Of a DNA stretch of 64,000 nt, positions 38,616 to 48,792 are shown piece by piece (position 1 is the stretch's first letter; the number at the start of each line of letters is the position of its first letter). Under the pieces are notes generated by a model that ran no database searches, had not been told where the DNA came from, and saw only the letters and a list, made by a program, of their open reading frames with translations. This DNA is from Candidatus Poribacteria bacterium (GTDB lineage Bacteria > Poribacteria > WGA-4E > WGA-3G), in NCBI GenBank assembly GCA_965205015.1, contig OZ242029.1, positions 64,001 through 128,000 on the forward strand, in the 5' to 3' direction. The translations under genes and the position numbers were made by a program.

Positions 38616-39461
38616 CTATTGAGCAATGAGCGTCAGCGTCAGACTAATATCCATCGGCATCGCTGAATGCGTCAATGCCCCGACAGAGATGAGATCTACA
38701 CCGGCTGCTGCCACAGTCTTTACTTTGTCAAGTGTAATACCACCGGACGCTTCTGTCACCGCAAGATCCCCCACTTCACGGACAACACGCGCCATCATGT
38801 TCGGAGACATGTTGTCAAGGAGCAGGATGTCCGCCCCTGCTTTTAGGGCGTCATCGACCTGATCGAGAGTTTCAACCTCGACCTCAATCTTTGCGGTGTG
38901 TGGAACAACCTGTCGCGCACACTGAACGGCGTTACCAACCCCTCCAGCCGCAACGATGTGGTTATCCTTAATCAATACACCATCATAAAGCCCAAAACGG
39001 TGGTTATGCCCACCGCCGATACGCACGGCGTATTTCTGAACTGCCCGCCACCCGGCTGCAGTCTTCCGAGTATCTACGATTTTGGTGTCGTAGCCATCGA
39101 CTGCCTCCACAAATTGTGCGGTGAGGGTCGCTATCCCGGAGAGCCGTTGCAGGAAATTAAGAGCCGTCCGCTCTCCGATCAGAATGGTTTTGGCACTCCC
39201 TTGGACCTCGGCAATCGGCGTACCCCTCTTCACAGCGTCCCCATCAGCGACAAGCCCACGAAACGACAACGTCTCATCTAATTTTGCGAAAACCCGTTCA
39301 GCGACTGGCAGTCCTGCGACAATGCCGTCACTCTTGGCAAGCAGGGTTCCTATACCCCCCTGTGCGGACGGCACTGTTGCTTCTGTTGTTATATCACCGA
39401 TACCGATGTCCTCTTCAAAGGCAAGTTCGATTAAGGGGTCTAATGCGCGAAGATTGAGCAT
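38616..39461 (-). CDS. nadC: Nicotinate-nucleotide pyrophosphorylase (carboxylating)
   Basis: ERTALNFLQRLSGIAT, DTRKT, HRFGLYD, LIKDNH and EASGG. Confidence 0.96.
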   Translation of the reverse strand: MLNLRALDPLIELAFEEDIGIGDITTEATVPSAQGGIGTLLAKSDGIVAGLPVAERVFAKLDETLSFRGLVADGDAVKRGTPIAEVQGSAKTILIGERTALNFLQRLSGIATLTAQFVEAVDGYDTKIVDTRKTAAGWRAVQKYAVRIGGGHNHRFGLYDGVLIKDNHIVAAGGVGNAVQCARQVVPHTAKIEVEVETLDQVDDALKAGADILLLDNMSPNMMARVVREVGDLAVTEASGGITLDKVKTVAAAGVDLISVGALTHSAMPMDISLTLTLIAQ

Positions 39462-39486
39462 ATTTTAATAGTCCGCCGATACCCCT

Positions 39487-40401
39487 TTAATACCTTTCCA
39501 AATACGGGGTCAGGAATTTCTTTGCGTCTTCCGTGACATCCCACGCGTTGGGCCAGAAACAGAGATCAATAGAGAACCAATCCCCGTCGTACCCAGTCTC
39601 ATCCATGATGACCGGAATAATCGCGTCAAAATCCAGCACACCGTCTCCGAAAGGCGCGTGCGTGCTTGTTTCGTCGCCATGGAGCGTGTTGTCGGAATCG
39701 ATGAGGTGGAAGTGACCGATCTGCCCCTTGAGTTGACGTGCCAAGTCAATGACCCCATTATCGCCGAGGGTCTCCTGCTCTCCGGGCTGTCGGGCACCGA
39801 CAACCGCACACATTTGGGCATGACAAGTATCAAACATCACCTTGAAATTGGGATGACCCACTGCCTGTGGCATATTGACAATGTCGCTGGGTTTGTTGAA
39901 CATAAATCCGGGTTCAAATTCCCAGAGCATCAACACGCCGTGATCTTCGGCGACTTGTGCACAGCGTCTCCAGACGGAGACGATCCGATCCCAAGCTTTC
40001 TCAGGCTCAACGCCAGGAATTCCCGCTTCGGGATCATCTACTGTATCCACACGAATCGCAGGCGATCCGAGATCAAGGGCGAGTTGGAGGCTCTCTTTGA
40101 ACAACTTGTAGTATCTATCGTCCTCCTGCCCCTCATCCGTAGCCGGACCGGGGTGCGACCAGAAGTCGGCGGCTAATCCGGAGACTTCCAAACCGTAATA
40201 GGAGATTAATCCCTTGACGGCGTCCCGATCGCTTTTCATCGGGTAATCGTTAATGTCAATATGCGGTTTAAACGCTCCAATTTCAATACCATCAAATTCA
40301 AGGTCGCTGAGCGTCTTGACGACGGTATCAAACGGAATAGGATTCTCTTCATAAGGACCAAAGGCATACGCCCAACTTCCAATGGACAATTTTTTTGCCA
40401 T
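39487..40401 (-). CDS. Sugar phosphate isomerase/epimerase (TIM barrel)
   Basis: FDGIEI, WEFEPGF, FDTCH and HFHLIDSD; start at 40401 after AAAGGAG. Confidence 0.85.
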   Translation of the reverse strand: MAKKLSIGSWAYAFGPYEENPIPFDTVVKTLSDLEFDGIEIGAFKPHIDINDYPMKSDRDAVKGLISYYGLEVSGLAADFWSHPGPATDEGQEDDRYYKLFKESLQLALDLGSPAIRVDTVDDPEAGIPGVEPEKAWDRIVSVWRRCAQVAEDHGVLMLWEFEPGFMFNKPSDIVNMPQAVGHPNFKVMFDTCHAQMCAVVGARQPGEQETLGDNGVIDLARQLKGQIGHFHLIDSDNTLHGDETSTHAPFGDGVLDFDAIIPVIMDETGYDGDWFSIDLCFWPNAWDVTEDAKKFLTPYLERY

Positions 40402-40441
40402 GTTTCTCTCCTTTTTAATTTTACCTTGCGGAGCAGCAGAA

Positions 40442-41659
40442 TTACGATACACCCGTGACCAACGTCCGAACCGCTGTTTCAAGTTCAAGGGTTATCTGCT
40501 CCACCGTTTCTCTTTTCTGTGCCTTGTAGGTATCGTAACAGTCTCGGAGATTTTTGGGTTCACCGACACGGACGGATGCGACCCGCGGTCCCCGCATTTT
40601 TGACGTACCAAAGACTTCTCTCTCCAGACGCACAATCACTTCAAGAAACCGCTCGGGTGAGCGCTCTTCTGCGACATATCCATCTGAAATCGCTATAAAA
40701 TTAATTAACCGCTCCAGGTCGGGATAGAAGCGTTGGAACTTCTGGAGCAGTTCTTCATGTATCTTCCGTTCGTACTCCGTCATCTGCTCAATGTCTTTAT
40801 AGACTTCGGCATCGACTAAATTTTTCAACGCCCGTACCCGCGTGAGAACATCCGCTTCAGAGTGAATCCCCATGATCCGTTCAGCATGGGACAAGATCTG
40901 CTCTTTCATCTTCTGGATATGTGTATCAAGCGGCACGGTCTCGTCCACTTTATATTTATACTCAGCCGCAAGCGTTTTGAATACCGCCACACCGATACGC
41001 CGCAACCGTTCATACCGTTCAATCGGCGTTCGATCCGCAGGCGGGAGAATGTTCCGCTCCAATTCCGTGAGGGCGGCATCAATGTCGTCCCACATGTCCC
41101 GTGGATACTGGTATTTGATCCCGATCGGAACCATATAAAGCGGTTTGTCAACCCCCGCCTTTGCCATATCGTCCAAAGCCCAGAAACAGAGCTGAACAAT
41201 ACCCCTCTCAAAGCGCATGACAGTATCATTCTGCCGTGAGATTTCCCCCTCCGCGAAGATAACAAGGGACGCATCACCTTCAGACAGGAGCTCCCGCGTT
41301 GTTCGGAATGCGTTCCGGTCGGCGGTGCCGCGCACAATGGAATACGCACCGAACCGTTGCATCAGAAAACCGCGTAAGCCACCGAATTTTCCCTTGCCAT
41401 AGGTCTCGCGTGCAGTCATGTAGTAGTACTGCTGAGAAAGCCGTTTGGACAAGGAGAACATAACAGCAGGATCTGCTCGTGCCGCGTGATTCGGGGCTAA
41501 TACGGTCGGATGTCCATCCGTCAAATTTAGACGGTCAATTGATTCCGCATCAACATCTAAGGTTAACCCCTTCAAACACAAGCGGTTGACAAGCGGGATA
41601 AGTCCTTTTGCAACTTGGATCAGAGCCGTACTCGGCTTAGGAGGTTTAAAATCTAACAT
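40442..41659 (-). CDS. Glycerolipid acyltransferase (PlsC-like)
   Basis: NHAARAD, IFAEGE and VPIGIKY. Confidence 0.85.
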   Translation of the reverse strand: MLDFKPPKPSTALIQVAKGLIPLVNRLCLKGLTLDVDAESIDRLNLTDGHPTVLAPNHAARADPAVMFSLSKRLSQQYYYMTARETYGKGKFGGLRGFLMQRFGAYSIVRGTADRNAFRTTRELLSEGDASLVIFAEGEISRQNDTVMRFERGIVQLCFWALDDMAKAGVDKPLYMVPIGIKYQYPRDMWDDIDAALTELERNILPPADRTPIERYERLRRIGVAVFKTLAAEYKYKVDETVPLDTHIQKMKEQILSHAERIMGIHSEADVLTRVRALKNLVDAEVYKDIEQMTEYERKIHEELLQKFQRFYPDLERLINFIAISDGYVAEERSPERFLEVIVRLEREVFGTSKMRGPRVASVRVGEPKNLRDCYDTYKAQKRETVEQITLELETAVRTLVTGVS

Positions 41660-41700
41660 TGCGTGCTGTTGTTACGGCACGCGGCGCGTGCCTACTGCTT

Positions 41701-42807
41701 TTAAAGGCTTGGCGGATAGCAACAGATGATCTCCATGGGTGTATCATCCGTGCTAACGATGACGTAACTGGACAAGCATCGTGGGATAAAGACAGATTTG
41801 CCGCGTTTGAGCGGGACATCTTCAAAATCGCCACGCAGCACGCCTTCACCGTCCAAAGTCACGAGCGCATAAAACCCTTTGTCTGCTGGCATACTGAGCG
41901 TCGAACGCACTGTTAAACGCGAGCATCCAAAGAATTTCGAGGCTTCCTCTGGCACGATCCGATCTTCTCGGTTATCGCCTTCCGCCCGGACGAGTTCTGG
42001 CGTGCGGCGGATGTAGTTGTTAAGATAGTCCAGTTCCAATTTATCAAACTCAGCAGCATCTACAGCGAGATCCCAGCCGAGTCCGAGGTGCCCATCATCC
42101 CTTTCAAACGGAAAACCTTCCCATTCCGCGAGGATGTTCCAGTCGGTAGGCTCTTGGGGTTCGAGCACACAGAGTCCTGTGCCGAGCGAATGGACAATCG
42201 GTGTCCGTAAAAAATAGACCTCCCCGACCTTCGGTTCAACCACGTGCATCAGGCTCCGCAGTGTCGGTACATCCTGTGCTTCCATCAGACGGCGGAATTC
42301 TGCCTTGTCTATCGCTTCCTTCCAGCCGATCCACGCCTTCGCGCCCGGACGCGTGCCGATGAGGATCCACGCTTCATTCTTACCGAACGGAGAATTGAGA
42401 TGTTTCTGCGAGAAATCCGGATTTGGATGCCAATGGATAGGGATATGTGCGCCTTCACCGACGTCAAAAATCTTGAGAAGTACGCCTAATTCAGTACCGT
42501 ATTTATCGACGTGCGCGCCACCGAGCGTCTCTTCTGGGAATGCGTCCAGCAGTGCTTTCAACAGGACGGTCTCACCGCTTGGGAGCTGGATGCGACTGAG
42601 TCCTTTGTCGGGCGGATTCTCTCTGCCGGGCGTGATTGCCCGGTTTGTGGAAAAGATCCATTCTTCAGAGTAATAGTCATCTTTCGGATCGGGTTCCCCC
42701 ATAAACTCGGCGCGGAGCTTTCCACCGTTATAAAAATGTAGGTAGGTATTTGGTGCTAAGCCAACGGGTGCGTCTAACATTGACCGCAGTTCATTTTGTG
42801 ATGCCAT
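41701..42807 (-). CDS. Class I mannose-6-phosphate isomerase-like cupin protein
   Basis: LLKIFD, IHWHP, GKNEAW, VHSLG and EPQEPTD. Confidence 0.8.
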   Translation of the reverse strand: MASQNELRSMLDAPVGLAPNTYLHFYNGGKLRAEFMGEPDPKDDYYSEEWIFSTNRAITPGRENPPDKGLSRIQLPSGETVLLKALLDAFPEETLGGAHVDKYGTELGVLLKIFDVGEGAHIPIHWHPNPDFSQKHLNSPFGKNEAWILIGTRPGAKAWIGWKEAIDKAEFRRLMEAQDVPTLRSLMHVVEPKVGEVYFLRTPIVHSLGTGLCVLEPQEPTDWNILAEWEGFPFERDDGHLGLGWDLAVDAAEFDKLELDYLNNYIRRTPELVRAEGDNREDRIVPEEASKFFGCSRLTVRSTLSMPADKGFYALVTLDGEGVLRGDFEDVPLKRGKSVFIPRCLSSYVIVSTDDTPMEIICCYPPSL

Positions 42808-43005
42808 ACTGCTTCCTTTCTTTTTCTTTAAGAACTAAGGGCATAGTTTTCAAGTTCCCTTGTTTAAAGCCAATTTATCATTTTGGACAGGTTTTGTCAA
42901 GTCACTTTTTGGGTGCTTCTTGGGGACTATAAGGGTAGTGAGTCGAGGCGGGTTAATTAAATGGGCTCTGGCTCTCTGTCCTACGACAGCATCAATATCT
43001 GTTTG

Positions 43006-43377
43006 TTACAAAACCCATGATTCTAAATGGGCTGCGATGACCTCAATATCGGTAATAGATCCATCCGCAATTTTGAAACCGAGCTCAATGATTGAATCCT
43101 CAATGTCAAGACGTAGGGTGCAACCGTTAAATTCTAAAAACAAGATCGCACAATTGAGACCGGTCCGCTTGTTACCGTCCAGGAATATATGTCCTGTAAT
43201 GATGTGATGCGCATACACAGCGGCTTTTTGGGATAGGGCGGGATAGAGCTCTGTATCACCAAACTTTCCGCGAACTGCCTCAACCAAATAGTGCAACTGA
43301 CTTTCATTCAACAATTGATAGTCGCCGACATGTCCTTCGGCGACCTCCAGAATCTCTGGAATCGTCAAATATCTCAT
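43006..43377 (-). CDS. Fic/Doc (death-on-curing) toxin
   Basis: Fic motif HIFLDGNKRTG; LYPALSQKAA. Confidence 0.9.
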   Translation of the reverse strand: MRYLTIPEILEVAEGHVGDYQLLNESQLHYLVEAVRGKFGDTELYPALSQKAAVYAHHIITGHIFLDGNKRTGLNCAILFLEFNGCTLRLDIEDSIIELGFKIADGSITDIEVIAAHLESWVL

Positions 43378-43682
43378 AGGTTACCGAGGGCTTTCCATGC
43401 GCGTTTATAATTTCGCAGCGTTTCGTCTAAGGCGGTGGCACTATTTATCCCGATGCTGCTCGCAGTTTTCATGTCTGCTTTCGCTTTTTCCACTTCTCCG
43501 AGGTGTAACCACACCTTGCTCCGCCTGTAATAGGCATCGGCATAGTCGGGGTTGAGCTCTATTGCTTTCGTATAGTCTTCAATCGCAAGTTTAAGCGCAC
43601 CGTTTTCGGCATGGGTTAAGCCGCGATTGTAATATGTCTCGGCACATTTTTGATTGTGTTCTTTTGTTATTTTCTGTTCCAT
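43374..43682 (-). CDS. Small TPR protein with C-terminal antitoxin-like helix
   Basis: Two TPRs, then ALDETLRNYKRAWKALG; ATGA overlap with doc. Confidence 0.7.
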   Translation of the reverse strand: MEQKITKEHNQKCAETYYNRGLTHAENGALKLAIEDYTKAIELNPDYADAYYRRSKVWLHLGEVEKAKADMKTASSIGINSATALDETLRNYKRAWKALGNL

Positions 43683-43703
43683 AATTCAAATCTTCTCAAT
43701 AGC

Positions 43704-45146
43704 TTAAACATTTGCCAACGCAGTTTCGAGTTCCTCCACCGCTTTAATGGCTTCCTCAACCTCTCTCTTGGGAGTATTTGTGATAGTGGCGTGATTGAGC
43801 GGGTTCAGGATAATACTCCGATACAACTCAACTTGCCTGATGAGTGTCTGTTGTAAAAAAGGAGTGCCATCCCTTTTTGTTCCAGTTTTTATGGGATCCC
43901 AGAAATCTTCACTCGTCAACTTTTTGGGATTTTCACAATATCTAACACGAAGATTCCTTTTCTCACAAAATCTCTTGATTATTGCCTCAAAAGCGGTCCG
44001 AAGATAGACTGCACAGGCTTTATAGTCATTGACATCAAGATATTCCCTCGCCTTTTCAAGGTACGCTTTATCCTCGACATAGATAGGGACCTCATATTCA
44101 TCGGTCTGCGAAAAATAGAATTCAGCATATTTCCAATCCTTCTGCTCCGTTCGCTGTTTAGCGATCTCATACCACGCCTTATCGTAAGTCGTCAAAAAGA
44201 TTTGGTGGTCTGGAAAATAGTCTTTTAGAATATCAAGAACTGGTAGGCGGTTTGACATGTCTAAACCTATCAACACGTCATCAAGCGCGAGGATCTTCAG
44301 TTCACTGTCTGGCTGGATCAAAATCGACGAAAGGTAGATCGCGATTGCAATCGCCGACAACTTTGCTTCGTTCAGGAAGCGGTGGTGTGAAGGTATATCT
44401 GTATCAAAGACTTCTACTTTTAAGAGAATCTCTTGGTTCTCAAGCGTTTTCTCATTTCGGTTGTATGTAACTCCCTGACAATCTAAGTCAAGCCCGACCT
44501 TGTATCCAAATCTGTTAAGAATTTCGGATACCTTCGGACGCAGTTCTCCTAATCTATGTGTCAGTTCATAGTTAAAAATGTCTACTCGTTCCTCAAGGGC
44601 TGCGATTTGAGTTTTCGCGTTTCTACGGGGAAATGGCGGCTGAATATCATTCCAAGCATTTGCAAGACTTCGTTCTGTCACGGGGTTAACAGTATTCACC
44701 AATAGCACATTAACCAACAAATCAAATAAATTCACAGTATCGTTCTCACGCTGGAGATAGTGTGTCTCCAGCAGTGATTTGTAGTCAAGAAATCCCTTTA
44801 CTTTTGAAGCCTCGGTAATCAACTCGTCAGTTGTCTCACCTTTAACGCGTTGCGACCACTCATAGATATTCGCTTTCGATTCTTGATCTGCGCGGAGGCA
44901 CAGTTTAATGTGCCCCGGATCTTCAACAAAGATATTCTGATGGTTTTCAAAGTTGGTGTCTTTGGCGTCCTTGTTATCCGTATCTCCCCCAGATTCAAGG
45001 AACAATTTTAGAGCGAGGTACAGGGACGATTTGCCGCTCCCGTTTTCACCATAGACCAATAAATTCTTTCCTGATTTACTCAGATCTATATGATAGTTAC
45101 CACGGAACGCTCTGAAGTTTTTGATCTCAATGTCGGTAATTCTCAC
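43704..45146 (-). CDS. ABC/SMC-type ATPase with C-terminal HEPN-like domain (RloC/PrrC-like architecture)
   Basis: IKNFRAF, GENGSGKS, variant signature LNEAK, LALDDVLIGLD and TTYD; tail YLRTAFE...YRSIILNPLNH. Confidence 0.72.
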   Translation of the reverse strand: MRITDIEIKNFRAFRGNYHIDLSKSGKNLLVYGENGSGKSSLYLALKLFLESGGDTDNKDAKDTNFENHQNIFVEDPGHIKLCLRADQESKANIYEWSQRVKGETTDELITEASKVKGFLDYKSLLETHYLQRENDTVNLFDLLVNVLLVNTVNPVTERSLANAWNDIQPPFPRRNAKTQIAALEERVDIFNYELTHRLGELRPKVSEILNRFGYKVGLDLDCQGVTYNRNEKTLENQEILLKVEVFDTDIPSHHRFLNEAKLSAIAIAIYLSSILIQPDSELKILALDDVLIGLDMSNRLPVLDILKDYFPDHQIFLTTYDKAWYEIAKQRTEQKDWKYAEFYFSQTDEYEVPIYVEDKAYLEKAREYLDVNDYKACAVYLRTAFEAIIKRFCEKRNLRVRYCENPKKLTSEDFWDPIKTGTKRDGTPFLQQTLIRQVELYRSIILNPLNHATITNTPKREVEEAIKAVEELETALANV

Positions 45147-47569
45147 AATTTCCCCTGAATGACGCGAACAGATTTTACACTGTCTAAAAAGAAAAGGTTG
45201 CGCCGGATTGGATGCGTTTTTTCATATAGGAGCTCAAAGATGTCCCGGAAAGCGGACATTTTATCACCCTGAATATCTTCAATTGGTGGCAACCCTTCGT
45301 CCAATAACGGTTGTAAAAAGACTTTATCACTCTTATGGAGTTCCGCAGGGAGGTAAGCCTCATACACCAATCCATCAATAACTCGCTCAAAATATCCGAG
45401 CATTATGCGGTCGCGAGCATACTTCAAATCCTTGCTGTTTATCGTCGGCTGCTGTTGTAGATAGATCAGGTAATCAACGATTTTAGCAATAAGTGCTTTG
45501 TGGACTGGCGTGATGTCGGGAATTGGAATTTGTTGGATATACCCACTGCGCGCCCGAAGCGGATCAATCGTCAATTGGTTCGATACCTGCGAATAAAACC
45601 ACTCCACCGTCCGGGAATTGAGAAGACCGCAAAGCCATTTTTCCTTGGTTGGAATGAGGTAAGACGTATTCCCGTAATAAAAACCTTCAGTATCAACCGC
45701 AAAAGTCTGATGGTTATAGGTGTTTGGAGAGACCAGTTTCGGTTGCACAAAACGCTCTGCATCCCGGAGAGACGTAGGTAACTCGTACCACGCCTGCTTG
45801 CCCTTTCTTTTTTCCAGGCTCTCTTTATACTTTTCCAGATACTTCAGAATTGCTGGATAGTCGTTTATCGGTATACCGCGGTGGGCAAAGATTAACCATT
45901 GCTGCGGTGTATCAACGTGCCAACGTCTGAGATCCTGCCCGTGCAAAAATGGTTTCAAAATATCAGCGGATGAGGGATGTGCCGCAATGAGTTCCTCTCG
46001 CGTTGCTTTGTCTACCACAAACACCTCAGTGGGTGCTGTGTTGATACCGAAGGCAGACTTGGCACTGATGTACTCGCTTAAGGGTGGCCCAGCGTTGCGT
46101 AATTGATCGCGTAAATTCACTACATTCGGCGATTCAAGCGGATTGCCATCAGCATCCAACACTTTTTGCAGCTTCGGATAGCGATCCCGCCGGCGTTGCG
46201 TTAGCAGCAGTGCAAGGTCCTCTGGCAATTTGACGAGATGGTTCTTCTGATACGTCTCAACATCTTTGTAGAAGTTATGGAACATTGCAATGATGTCGAT
46301 TCCCAATCGTTTAGCCGTTGTCAGGTCGGCTTTGGCTTTGTTCCACTCCTGCAGTTGTAACCACACTATTCCACGATTGTAATAGGCTATATCATGATTG
46401 GGGTTTAGTTCTATTGCTTTGGTATAGTTTTCTATGGCACAATCAGCATCATCTTTTTCCCCGTAGGCGACCCCGCGGTTATTGTAAGCATTTGCAGAAT
46501 TGGGATTTAGTTCTATTGCTTTGGTATGGTCTTTGATGGCACGATCATAATCACCTATATCGCTATAAACATTGCCGCGATTGATATAAGCATTAGCGAG
46601 ATCTGGTTTCAGTTCTATTACTTCGGTATAGTCTTCAATGGCACGGTCGTAATCGCCTTTTTCGTAGTAAATATTACCACGATTGTAATAAGTATTGGGA
46701 TTATCTGGATACAGTTCTATTGCTTTGGTATAGTCTTTTATTGCAAGTTCAACTTCACCCTTTTTGCTGTAAGTTACCGCACGATTGTGATAAGTTTGGG
46801 ACAATTCAAAATTCAGTTCTATCATCTTGATAGCTTCCTGAATAGCAAGACCATAATTGCCTTTGTTAGTGTAAATGACATTGGGATAATCAGGGCGTAG
46901 TTGTATAGCGATGTTATAGTCTTTTATAGCATTATCAAGTTTGCCTTTTTCAGCGTAAGCAATACCTCGATTGTTATGGGTGTTCGCGTTATGAGGGTTG
47001 AGGTTGATAGCGTCGGAGTATGTCTCTATTGCCACGTCTAGTTGTCCAAGCATCATTAGAAGGTTCCCGTGTTGGAATATTAATTCAGCATGTAGTTCTT
47101 TTTCAAATGTTCCAGACGATTCATCGGTCCAAGCCTGAATCTTGTGAACAACTTTTTGGACACCCTCTATCACATTCTGCCACCCTTGATTTTCAGGTTG
47201 CCATTTATTAATAGGCAAGCCTCTGTCAGGCAGGACTTGGAAGTCACTAAGTTGGTAGGTCTGCCAATCGCAAGGCTCTAGGATAATGGGGATAATCCTT
47301 ACTTCTCGATTTAACGCTTCCATCAATTCCCTATTGCAATTTTTGGAGGCAAGGCTCGCAGCGGAAACGAGATAGAGAAGCAGGTCCGAATCTGCAACCT
47401 TTTTGAGAATATCCTCCTGAAGTGCGCTGTCTCCAAGTGTAAGTTGACCATCATCCCAGGTTACTAACTCGTTTTGCTGTACCATCACAGCAAGGTGCTT
47501 CCGTAATTCGTCTTTTGCTTTTGTATCCTCGTGTGAATAGGTAATAAACCCCTTTAATAGCCTGCTCAT
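45143..47569 (-). CDS. TIR-TPR-TaqI_C(TRD) fusion protein
   Basis: TIR (FITYSHED, LVSAASLASKNCNREL, IIPIILEPCDW), about 7-8 TPRs, then a methyltransferase specificity region (LKPFLHGQDLRRW, YPAILKYL, WYEL, LCGLLNS, IQQIPIP). Start at 47569 after GGAG. Confidence 0.82.
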   Translation of the reverse strand: MSRLLKGFITYSHEDTKAKDELRKHLAVMVQQNELVTWDDGQLTLGDSALQEDILKKVADSDLLLYLVSAASLASKNCNRELMEALNREVRIIPIILEPCDWQTYQLSDFQVLPDRGLPINKWQPENQGWQNVIEGVQKVVHKIQAWTDESSGTFEKELHAELIFQHGNLLMMLGQLDVAIETYSDAINLNPHNANTHNNRGIAYAEKGKLDNAIKDYNIAIQLRPDYPNVIYTNKGNYGLAIQEAIKMIELNFELSQTYHNRAVTYSKKGEVELAIKDYTKAIELYPDNPNTYYNRGNIYYEKGDYDRAIEDYTEVIELKPDLANAYINRGNVYSDIGDYDRAIKDHTKAIELNPNSANAYNNRGVAYGEKDDADCAIENYTKAIELNPNHDIAYYNRGIVWLQLQEWNKAKADLTTAKRLGIDIIAMFHNFYKDVETYQKNHLVKLPEDLALLLTQRRRDRYPKLQKVLDADGNPLESPNVVNLRDQLRNAGPPLSEYISAKSAFGINTAPTEVFVVDKATREELIAAHPSSADILKPFLHGQDLRRWHVDTPQQWLIFAHRGIPINDYPAILKYLEKYKESLEKRKGKQAWYELPTSLRDAERFVQPKLVSPNTYNHQTFAVDTEGFYYGNTSYLIPTKEKWLCGLLNSRTVEWFYSQVSNQLTIDPLRARSGYIQQIPIPDITPVHKALIAKIVDYLIYLQQQPTINSKDLKYARDRIMLGYFERVIDGLVYEAYLPAELHKSDKVFLQPLLDEGLPPIEDIQGDKMSAFRDIFELLYEKTHPIRRNLFFLDSVKSVRVIQGKL

Positions 47570-47981
47570 TGGCTTTTCTCCACAATCCCAATTTTTTTGG
47601 AATAATACTCCCACAATTATTTCAATAGCGAACTTTCACAGATGAGATGGATGACACGGATTGATTCCGTTTACCGTACCAATGCCAGATGACACAGATT
47701 TAGAAATCCGCGAAATCTGCCTAATCCGCGTCAATCCGCGATTCAGACAATTTATCTTATGCCTTGAGGATAATGATAGCATGCAAGATGGATAGGTTTC
47801 AACCGAATTTTAGGATTAATTTCATCCCTCACATACCGCTCCGATGGAGCGGAACATCGGAGATTTCGGATAAGCACTTGTTTCCCCAAGCATTTAGTGT
47901 TATAATAAAGAATAGAAAGCACAGTTTCCATGTTTGCCGTCCTATGATAAACTCCAAAAAGCAAAAAGGATACGCAAGAAA

Positions 47982-48776
47982 ATGGCAAAATCCCAAAACA
48001 GGACACAGGTAGCAGCACGAAACTTGATAACATATTCTTTCCTTCTCTCAACGTTCCTCTTTTGCGTGCTTGCACCCGCCCAAGAACCCACCCCCGATGT
48101 CGAAACCATCATCAAAAAGATAGATCAACTCTATCGTAGCGAAACCAGTCAAGCTGAAATCGAGATGCACATCGTCACGCCGCATTGGGAACGCACGCTC
48201 GCGATGAACGTTTGGTCACAAGGGATGGATAAAACGTTTATCCGAATCACGGCGCCGAAGAAGGAACAAGGTGTCGCAACCTTGCGTATCGGCAATGAGA
48301 TGTGGAACTATCTGCCGAAAACCAATAAGGTTATGAAAATTCCACCATCAATGATGATGGGGTCGTGGATGGGGTCCGACTTCACGAACGACGATTTAGT
48401 CAGGGAATCGTCAATGCTCGATGATTATACCTATCAGTTCGTTACACCTGAAGATGCATCCCCCGACCACATTTATGTCCAACTCATGCCGAAAGAAGAT
48501 TCCCCGATCGTCTGGGGGAAGATTGTTGCCGCCGTGCAATCCAGCGATTATCTACCCGTGTGGCAGCGGTTCTATGACGAAAAAGGGAACCTCATGCGAA
48601 TTATGAATTTCAAAGAGATTAAAACCTTTGGTGACAAAATCGCACCCGCTGTGATGGAAATGATTCCACAAAACAAGGAAGGACACAAGACGGTTGTCCG
48701 ATGGTTAAACGCCACATTCGACGGAGACGTCGATGATAAAATCTTCACGCGCCGAAACCTCCAGAAAAGGAGATAG
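47982..48776 (+). CDS. Outer-membrane lipoprotein-sorting (LolA-like) protein
   Basis: MWNYLP, SWMGSDFTNDDL and IFTRRNL; start uncertain (47934-47982). Confidence 0.85.
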   Translation: MAKSQNRTQVAARNLITYSFLLSTFLFCVLAPAQEPTPDVETIIKKIDQLYRSETSQAEIEMHIVTPHWERTLAMNVWSQGMDKTFIRITAPKKEQGVATLRIGNEMWNYLPKTNKVMKIPPSMMMGSWMGSDFTNDDLVRESSMLDDYTYQFVTPEDASPDHIYVQLMPKEDSPIVWGKIVAAVQSSDYLPVWQRFYDEKGNLMRIMNFKEIKTFGDKIAPAVMEMIPQNKEGHKTVVRWLNATFDGDVDDKIFTRRNLQKRR

Positions 48777-48792
48777 GTAGTTCAAGGGGACC

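Noticed and set aside
45143-46120. Functional type IIG restriction-modification gene
   Set aside because: Only the specificity region is present; no methyltransferase or nuclease motifs.
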